A DNA stretch of 64,000 nt, taken from NCBI GenBank assembly GCA_000934665.2, contig KZ538096.1, positions 1 through 64,000 on the forward strand, in the 5' to 3' direction. The stretch's first letter is position 1; each line of letters begins with the position of its first letter. The notes under the pieces were generated by a model. That model did no database searches and was not told the DNA's origin. It saw only the letters and a program-made list of their open reading frames with translations. This DNA is from Catajapyx aquilonaris. Taxonomy: Eukaryota. Position numbers and translations under genes: made by a program. Positions 54,853 through 64,000 of the stretch are shown here, piece by piece.

Positions 54853-54906
54853 ATAAGTTATAGCATATACGTTTTGATGCATCAAAACGTATATGCTATA
54901 ACTTAT
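54853..54906. repeat. Perfect 54-bp palindrome with no spacer
   Basis: ATAAGTTATAGCATATACGTTTTGATG|CATCAAAACGTATATGCTATAACTTAT. Confidence 0.95.
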
Positions 54907-57881
54907 TTCTTGTGAACGTAACGTTCTATTGAGTTAACAATAAATATTTAAACTACGTATTTTCACGAGTAGAATTGATCTGTTTTAATTTGTTCTCTAA
55001 TAATCTCGTGATATTTCTGCCGTATTAAGACATTTACATGCCATTGCATACAATGTTTGGGCCTTCCTATGGCTGTACTGCTGTGAGAGGTACCGGTATT
55101 TGAAACTTAATTAACTTATTTGATAATAATATGCCAATTGTTCCAAGCGTTTCAAACACTTAACGAGGAGTTTAAATATTTTTACCGACAATATACTGTT
55201 TTTATTTACTCCAACCGTGTGTAATAGAGTAGCCTGAACTATTCGGAGAGAGATTAAGAAATTTTCTCAAAAAAGTACGAACGCACTTACTTGACGACAT
55301 CTAAATAGCGCAAGGCCCCTATGCGTCAGTTTTAAATAATTATTACCGAGGCTACTGGAGCGTTAGATAAGCCAGCGTGGGGAATTATAATGATCAGTGC
55401 AGTGCATAAATTTCATATCACCGGCTGTTACAATATCGAAAGACTAGAAATAACTGTTAAAATGGATGATAACAGTTTTCAGGGATTTGCGCGGTAAGGC
55501 TGCATAATTATATTGCGTATACTCTGCAGTCTACAACTAGATTCGCAAGAAAAATCCTGCATTAAAAGTATACATCTGACTTAATCTATGGCATGGAATA
55601 ATTTTGTTATTGTCATGCGCTCACGAACATAAAGTTATATGGGAAAAGTAATTCGTAATAATTTACCATGTTGCATTTTTTCTGAATGTTTGGGAGTATT
55701 ATACAACACAAAGCCATCTGCGGATTTAATTGATTATTTGATTCGGCCATTTATAAAAACATATAGTATTTACCGCAAAATTTGTCAATTTCTTTTTCTA
55801 AAATTGATAACACTATGTTGTGCTTCAACGTAATTCTAATGCACATGCAAAGCAACGCTTATTCCTTATTATCTCATCACTGGGCACGTAAGATACGCTA
55901 AAACCAATATTAAAAGGCTCCAATAACTTTCATGAACGCAACCCACTCCGAACAACCCACCAAGATAACTGTGGGCGATAAGAACCTTCCATATAATAAT
56001 TGCGGAGGTACCTTGTGCCAATTAATGACACATGACAACTCCGAGCCTTGCCGAGCTTCTAATCGCCCGAAGTTACGCGTACTACGTTGCGTTGGGTTGT
56101 CCGGAGTGGGTGGCAATCAGATATGGTGGTGGATGGATCTGCATTTTAATATTGGTTCGGTACAGGCTTAATCCTAGTTTTGTGACATGACTAGAAGATA
56201 CAGTATTACATATATGGGCTATAATTTTGAATTTGCATAAAATGTCATTCTGTATAGTTAAAAACACCTGAAGGAATGCTCATTGCTTATTACATTACTG
56301 TAGCCTATATTAGCAAGGTGAAAATTGCCTTCAAAATTATTAGTGATGTACGTGACCAGATAAACACCTGAATATTATCCTAAACCAGCTGTTGATTGTC
56401 AGGAAGTCAATAAGTCGACACCCCTGGAAAATAATGAAGCGTCTATTACCACCACTGCTTCGACTTGCACGAAAGTGACAACTATAGCCCAGGTCATGCA
56501 ACAGTACATACGCTAACGACAACCCATTTAAGACAGCATACAAATCCTTTATACAGTAACACTTTATCAAATATTATTTATTAAAACTTTTATGCCCGTA
56601 CATCGTATAAAAATACGCTGGAAAATTCGCCTTTTCAAAAACACAAAGAGCGTTAAGCACTATATATTTACTGTCCAACAAAAATGACCACCTCCTTTGT
56701 CCTGCAACCAGCGTAATATCCGTAAAGTAGGCCCACAGATGTCCAGGTCAAGTTCCCACCACCTGAAAAACCATGACTCGGACACCAGCATAGATGATGT
56801 ATACGCCACTGTTATACCCGACTCATAAAATACCATCCAGGTGGACCATCTTGTAAATTGCTCACATTTTTTCTCCCTCGCCATCCCCGCATTAAGTAGC
56901 ATGAAAGGCGATAACCTCCCACAACATGCAGTATAGGCCAGATATTCTTAGCCCAAATCCGTACATTTCCTGAAAATATACCCGTCGATTGGCAAGCCTC
57001 ATTAATCATCCGGATTTTGACAGCGATTCTGAATTTAACCCATATTGGAAGAATGATGAAGTGGGGATGTGGCCTCGATGCCTGTCTTGGGTTGACACCA
57101 GATAGCAAGGCTAAGTAGAAGCCCCCGGATGGGGAACAAGAGCTCGGATTTCGTGGAGCTCCCCCCCCCCCCCCCNTGGTTCCCCATATGACTCATTAAC
57201 ACCCCCTCTATGGCCACCCCACACACTGCCCCCTATAGAAAGTGGCTGGCCAAGTAAACTTGCAATCCCCGTTTTATCTGGCCCCCACATGCAGTCTGGG
57301 TAGCATTATCTGATCATTCAAGGGGACTCCAAATTGATATGCAAGGGGGATAAATGAAAAGAGAAGGATGTCAATAAGAGGGTAGCGATGACTAATGACG
57401 CCTCACCCGGGATCCTGTATTTTCCAAACCCGACTGATGGAGCCCTGATCCGTTCAATGGCACAGCCCAGGGAAGGAAATGGAAGCCCGGAACCCCTGCT
57501 CTACCCCAGCCTCCCCTCAAGGAAATGAGCAACCATACTCCAGCGGGGTGTCTGCAACTACTGCTCACCACCATCCCCCCGGTGTATTTTGGAGAGGATT
57601 CAAATCGGGGATAGTGTTGGGCTTTATTTCGAACTCTTCCGCTATTGTTGCTGATGTGGAGGTCTCATTGGTCCTGGTTGCATGTGGGTACCAATCAGAA
57701 GCCGAGGGAGGCCATATTTAGAAATCGATCTGGGTTGAATGTGTCAAATGGTGGGAAATTTGACTTTGGCTTGGATGAATGATAATTGGAGTACCTGAAG
57801 TGACTTCAACTCAAGAAATATCGTGAGAAAGTTTTTTTTTTGTTTGGAAGCATATTTGGTAAAACAAATTTAATTATTAAT

Positions 57882-58098
57882 ACCGAAGCAGTAGTGGTGT
57901 AGTGGTATATGGTGTCCGACTGCTAATCGGGAGGTCCTGGGTTCGAATCCCGATCATGGTTTTCTGTGGTTTCCCATGGTCGCCGCAGGATAATTCCGGG
58001 GTCGTTACCGTAATTATAGGCCACAGCCGCTTCCCTCCTTACTTATCCTTGCCTCAATTCCGATGAAAAGTATAGTAAAAATGGAAAGAGTTCCAGAC
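57882..58098 (+). mobile_element. SINE family A, copy 3 (diverged, 3' end lost)
   Basis: ACCGAAGCAG...TCCGACTGCTAATCGGGAGGTCCTGGGTTCGAATCCC...GGCCACAGCCGC...AAGAGTTCCAGACA matches copies 1 and 2. Confidence 0.85.
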
Positions 58099-58149
58099 AT
58101 TTTTTAAAAAAATTAATATTATTAATTTCACTAGTAGTGCATATTCCAC

Positions 58150-58246
58150 TATTTTTGTCCCACTGGTAGTTGCTGCTAACTTAGTGCCCGAGTGTTGGCA
58201 CTAGTACTGCTAAGTTAGCAGTAACTATAGCAGTGGGACGAAAATA
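58150..58246. mobile_element. Third copy of the 23514 palindromic element
   Basis: TATTTTTGTCCCACTGGTAGTTGCTGCTAACTTAG...CTAAGTTAGCAGTAACTATAGCAGTGGGACGAAAATA. Confidence 0.7.
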
Positions 58247-61200
58247 TGTCCCAACGTGTTTTATGGCAGATCTAGTACTACTAAAATTTTTAGTAGCTGG
58301 TGGCATAAATAAGGGCAAACTCAATAAGAATGCAATAATAGTGGAAATTAAATTTTATGCGTGCAAAATTAACACAGCTGATTATTCTACGGTGCTATGG
58401 CAAATTATGCTAAGATAAAAATACACCATTTTATTACGCTAATTTTGTGACAGTATTTGTGACCATGTTTCATTTTCTAGTTTTAGAACTATTTTTCTTA
58501 CAGCAATATGTTTCATTGTACTTAACAGAAATATTTGTTTGCCTTGGATGAGCAATGATATTCTTAACGAATTGTCCATGCAATTACGTTTCATTACGTT
58601 TAAAAGACAATATATAGTTGACGGTTCCAACGACCTCTGTAAATTGCAATGTTTAGTGTAACAATGCTGTTGAGTTTAACCTGATGCTCCTTTTCCATAC
58701 ATCAAGGCAGCAGTTCGTGACAAACAAGAATGTCCCCGGCCATTACAGTGTCCTTTTAGAAAGCGCCCAAATCCCTCATCCCAAACGCTGCCATTGGGCC
58801 CAGCCAGCCAGCCCCGTTATTGGCTGAGGCACTACCAAATTTCATTTCCATTATTTGCGCATTTTTGCTAACCTTATTTTAACTAAGATGACCTATTTGG
58901 TATGGGCACAGAGTAGTACAATATTATTGTCCCATTTCATAAAGATCTGATACTTCCTGACAGTGGTATGGATGCTTAACTAGAACAGGAGAACTAGGAG
59001 GCCATCTTGAATCCCAAAATTAAAGTTGTGCACGTTTTCGACCCGCCATCTTTTCAGTCCTTGGTATATTGTGTATATGCTTTACACACGCTGTCCGACC
59101 TTTTTTCAGATTATCTATTCACCACTCACTAATGATATTTTGCATTCAAACAGCAGTCAACAATGTCATTTATTTTATTTACCTTATGTCCGGCCATTTC
59201 CCCGGAAACAAACGACCTTGAAACGCCTGACCCAACAATACCTCACTTCCATATGTAAACTTGTCAATAAACACAATGTTAGAAAGTGAAGCCACCTTTG
59301 TCACATTTTTAATCTGGGCATCAATGAACCTTTCCAACACTCAAGGTTTTCCTCAACACCTGGGCAACAACAGAACAATGCTTCTGGCGTACCACGTTGT
59401 TCCTTTTAAAAATAGGCTTCAATTAGGCCGCCTACAAAAGGGCTTGTCCACCACAGACATTGGTAGACCTGCAACGGTTCCGGGCCTAAATACGGTCCTA
59501 TTGGCTAGCCAGCTGACCCTCCATGTCCCCTACCGAGAGTTTCAAGATAGGACAAGCAGCTGCACTAAACTCAATGTTCAATTAGTAAATTTGCATTAAA
59601 AGTGGATTACACCTCGGTACAAAAATTGCGATCAGGATGAAGCAATAAGGGTCTGATGTTCCCCAGTGGTCCGTATCCTCGTCAATCACGTTGGCAATCC
59701 AGGATGAAAACCTGAGCGACAGCTGCGTGGGCCATCACCTGGATGATCATCGACCAAAAGGTTTCGTTGTCAGCAGAAAGGAAGGTTGAAGATGAGATGG
59801 AAATCGGACTAGCAAAGGGGGACCATGTTCCAATATCACGCTGGTAAGTTCTTATCGAGAATTCGGCCCCATGAAAATAAATTGCTATGCACTAACAACC
59901 TTAAGTAAGCCGTCAAAAACCCTCTTCTCAATTCCTAAGGGGAAAGTTATATATATATATTTTTAAAAAATATATAATTTTTAAAACAATGATTTGGCAA
60001 TTTTCCGACGCTTTTCGCATTAGCACGCAGTCATCTGTTTTGCAATTAGATAAAACTGCCTGTAATGAGACTTTTGAGATAATTTTTCTTCCGAGTTCAT
60101 TACCGGTTCCCACAAATCGGTTGTAAATTTCGAATAGGAAGATCGTAAAATAGTCCGCACATTTCCTATGTCAAGATAAAACAATAATTTTCCCTCCGTG
60201 TGATGTAAAAATATTTTACGCAATTGATAAAACCACGCGGGTTATGTCAGGGAGTAATCAATAGGGTACCGATTGTTCGGGTCTTTGACCACGAAATTAC
60301 ATGTCTGGAAGCAATTAATTTGCAACTTTTCTCAACACCGTAACAAGGAGATTATAACACGGTCTGCAATAATAAAGAAAAATTGCTGACTTGCAATGAA
60401 TCTGCACTGTATAGCCTATAATTATACATGGTATTTTTTCTCACGGTACTTCATGGACATCCTGTATATAGTCAGACTTTGTATTATTTGCCAGCACTTT
60501 TGTTCGTTGTTCTGTACCAGCCTCATGGCAGCCGCAAAATCTGAAATTCTCCTTAGACAAGGAGAATAAATTGCTGAGAGTACAAGAATGCATTACGATT
60601 CCCACAGGTGCAATAATTTGAGTAAAGACGGCACAGCAAATAATCTCCAGAAAAGCATTAATTATGTATAAGAGACTAAGCTGGAGAGCGGAATTAAAAC
60701 CTTCAAAACCATCCTAATCGGGTGCGACTGTTGCATGTATACGGAAGACTACACATTTTAGTGGGTCAATATTTGTGCACAAATTTAATGATGTTTATGT
60801 ACCGGTCTAGCAAGCATGTAATGTGTGCCATTCCGCCTTGATTCTCACGTCATGATTAAGATGTTCTTAATAAACCTCATCGCTCATACATTTTAAACCC
60901 AACATCACGTCATATATTCAGGATCCAAAATAATATTTTCGCAAAAAAAATATTCCAGTCATGTCACTAATATATGCAAATGAAAGTTTAAAATATTCAA
61001 AAAAATCAATATTAATCATCCAGAAGATGCTTAACAAAAAAACGTTTTAGTCACTCTGCAGAACATTAGCTCACGTCAGTAAGTCTCCAAAGTGTCGAAA
61101 CAATGAAAAATGTGAACGTAACCCATGCAATGCACCTACACAGCACATGTGCCTATCCTAAGGAAAATGCGAAATAAAATGCAGTGTCTTGTCAGTCATA

Positions 61201-61494
61201 TTTTCGAGATGTTACGCAACTTTGTTTGCTCATCGATGTTGAACCAAGGTGTGTCATAACTCGAAATAGTTGAAAGTGTTACGCTGCAATATGAATTTCC
61301 GTTGTAGGCCTATACATATTAGTATAGCCTATTGTTACAGCCGATTCAAGTTGGTCAGCGATGTGACAGATGATGATAGAAGATGTTAATTAATTTCACG
61401 ATAACAATTCTCAATAATTTGGAAAAGAGATATTTGACGGCTTGCCTAAAGAATTAATTTTTTCGATAATGTCGCTAAGAGGATTGACATCTGT

Positions 61495-61553
61495 CCCCCC
61501 TCCCCCAACGGGCCCCGCCTTATCACGGGGTATCATAAATAAATAAATAAATA
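61495..61553 (+). mobile_element. Isolated retroposon 3' tail (5'-truncated insertion)
   Basis: CCCCCAACGGGCCCCGCCTTATCACGGGGTA followed by (TAAA)n, the same end motif as the SINEs. Confidence 0.55.
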
Positions 61554-64000
61554 GGAAAAGGAGCCCGTGTGCAATAAAGTAATGACCTCACTATAATGAA
61601 AGCACTTCATTTAATATTCAGAACAATTTATGTATTACGACAGATCTGACTACATAAGCAACTGCAAAGGTCGATTCAGATATGTCAACGTAGATCATGT
61701 GTGTGTGTAAAACAATTCCTCTAGCTGTCTTCGCTGAAAGTTATGTGCTGGATGTTCCATTTGCGAGTCGTTTTTCGTCCCTCCTCCATGAAGCAGTCCC
61801 CAGCCATCAACCCCTATCCTCTGGGGATAAATTTCTACTGCGTCTCATGTAAGTACACCGAATAATTTCTCATTATTCATAACTTTATGTTAGGGCACGT
61901 CATGGCTATACACACTTGTTTTTGTCATCTATATAAATAATTTATAAATATGAGGGAAAATAATAATTCTGGACATTACATAGACATGCACCATAATTTT
62001 AAAAAACTAAAAAATTAAATTTAACAATTAAGTGAGCAAAATGTTGAAATAAATACACTAATTCATTCATTACATCACGGCCAGCGACGACTTATAGTGT
62101 GTACACCTAATATGTACAAAACAAAGCATCACATCTTCCCACAATGTCCTTCAGTTTAGAATATTACCTCACCGTGGGAATGAGTCGAATGACCGATACA
62201 TATCAAGGCGGGTTGTTTGAAAGGGTAATGGCGGTTTCATGTGACAATGTTGCAGTTGTAGGCGCGCGTGATACGCCCCCNNGCCCCCCCCCCCCCCCCG
62301 ACCCCATTGCATATATGGGTTGCCCCTGGGTAAGCGCAAGAGTCGCCCTTCGTTTGAGTTTATCACGAGAGATACTTTTGCTATATGATATATGAATGGT
62401 TGGGACAAAATGGGAAGCAACCTACCTGGTGGCAGGCCGGGCGAAAGTGGAGGCTGCGAAGGGGCCGGTTTGCCCGGGGCAGATAAATTATGTCGAAAAA
62501 GATCGGGGGTAGCGGAGGGAGAAGGGTCAGGAGGGGACGGACACTGGCGACAGGAGAGGGAGGGAAGCGCTGCCTGGGGCCAGTTGTAAATAAAACCTGC
62601 AAAGAATATTACGGGTGTTGTGTGTACCCACCGCCACTTTCCCTATAAAAAGGGACATATTCAGTGAAGAGACCCAGACCACTAAGTCAAATAATAAAAA
62701 TTGGCCTAATATATTACACACATAAATGGATGACAATTTATAAAGACATTATGCCTAATCAGAAACCAACCGCAATTCTCACGCTGCAAGAACCATCTAA
62801 GCGGAACACTATATTATAGCTTATTGCCACAACGGGTCAGCATTTGTAGTCAATTCTTAATCCTGTAACTTATCCGAACACACAAAAACACCACAAAATG
62901 AACTAAATAAATTAAAGGAAATAACTAGGATAGAATACCATTATAATACACGATTGTCTTGTCATTATTGTTAATTAAATGCCCTTTAAAATTCGCTGTC
63001 GACTAGTCTACTCTTAAATGTATGGTATACGTAAGCTAATCCCGCCATTAAATGCAGCTACTGGTCCGCATTGACACACTGTAATTATCGGTAACTGAGC
63101 AAATACGTCTTGTAACTTATTAGCTAACAACAGTGCTAATTATAAGGTAAGTAACTACAATAATTTCTTACAACACCTTTTTTCCCCATCCAGCATGACT
63201 ATGAAGTCACCATCCCACCCGCAACCCCCCATATTGAGATAGATGAACGAATCCTCTCCCACCCGAAGACAATCCGGACTGAATGAAGGCCTCGCACGGC
63301 AGGCAATATCCTCCCAACCCTCGAGTGTGTGTGACACCCCATCGGCAGTCCCTCCGCCTATGATTTCGTTTGCGCCGTCCTGGCACGTGATTCGCTTTAT
63401 TGCACGGAGAGCATGTGCACCGCTGTCAGGTCCACCAGAGTGTAGGAGTGCGCGGCAAGCATGCTGCTTATAGGCTGTGTCCCCCCACATCCATGTCAGC
63501 AAATCGTCCCGCCCTTTCTCTTCCTCCTTCCTACCCTGTCCCCGTCCCTCCGGCTTCTGGTGGCCCCGACTGATCTGCTAGTTGGTCTCGTCACCGCGCG
63601 CGCCCTCCATTCAGTGTGTTCCCCGACCTAGGGCTGTGTCGACGCAGGTGTATAAGCAGTGGAGCCCCCAGGATCAATCCCACATAAATTGGCTGCGCAT
63701 GGGGCCCGGATTGTTTGTGGTTATAAATTTCCCGAAGAGAGCGGCCGCCCGCACTCACTCGGGCTTTGCCGGCCGTTAGTCTTTACCACTCCTCGTGCTC
63801 CTGGGTCCTCCACCTGGACACCCACCCCCGCACAACCCTGCTTCGGGATATGACATAACGAATGGCCTGTGTTCATAAAACTGGAACCACGGGCGAGTAT
63901 TAGTTAAACACGTCGTAAACAAGGGCCGAGCACAAGCCGTGCGCGCGCGGAGCCCAAATTACGCGATCGCAGCGAGTGGACGTTATTTATGGGCCCGTAA

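Noticed and set aside
59640..59850. Exon-like block ending in CTG|GTAAGT
   Set aside because: A lone donor match with no convincing acceptor or reading frame; transcript data would be needed.

Overview
Eukaryotic genomic DNA, most likely the central part of an arthropod Hox cluster. The only protein-coding gene I can support is a two-exon Antp-class homeobox gene on + (CDS 46795-47176 joined to 47503-47771, 216 aa). Its homeodomain ends ([12 protein letters not shown]...[12 protein letters not shown]) point to fushi tarazu (ftz). It has the ancestral, homeotic-type make-up: N-terminal SSYF, a YPWM hexapeptide and no LXXLL. About 46 kb upstream and 16 kb downstream lack credible coding exons. 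They alternate between GC-rich, motif-dense islands and AT-rich DNA carrying tRNA-headed SINEs, hairpin MITEs (piggyBac-, P/hAT-, Harbinger- and Tc1-like), a non-autonomous Helitron and microsatellites. The most notable observations are: (1) several unrelated SINEs share a 3' nested stem-loop whose pairing is kept while the sequence changes; (2) miR-10-3p complementary sites on either side of a poly(A) signal downstream of ftz; (3) a tandem in-frame splice acceptor that would change the YPWM-homeodomain linker; (4) an in-frame uORF ending just before the ftz ATG; (5) inverted SINE copies, each beside a Pho/YY1-motif MITE, bracketing ftz. Species, neighbouring gene identity and transcript ends are inferred, not seen.
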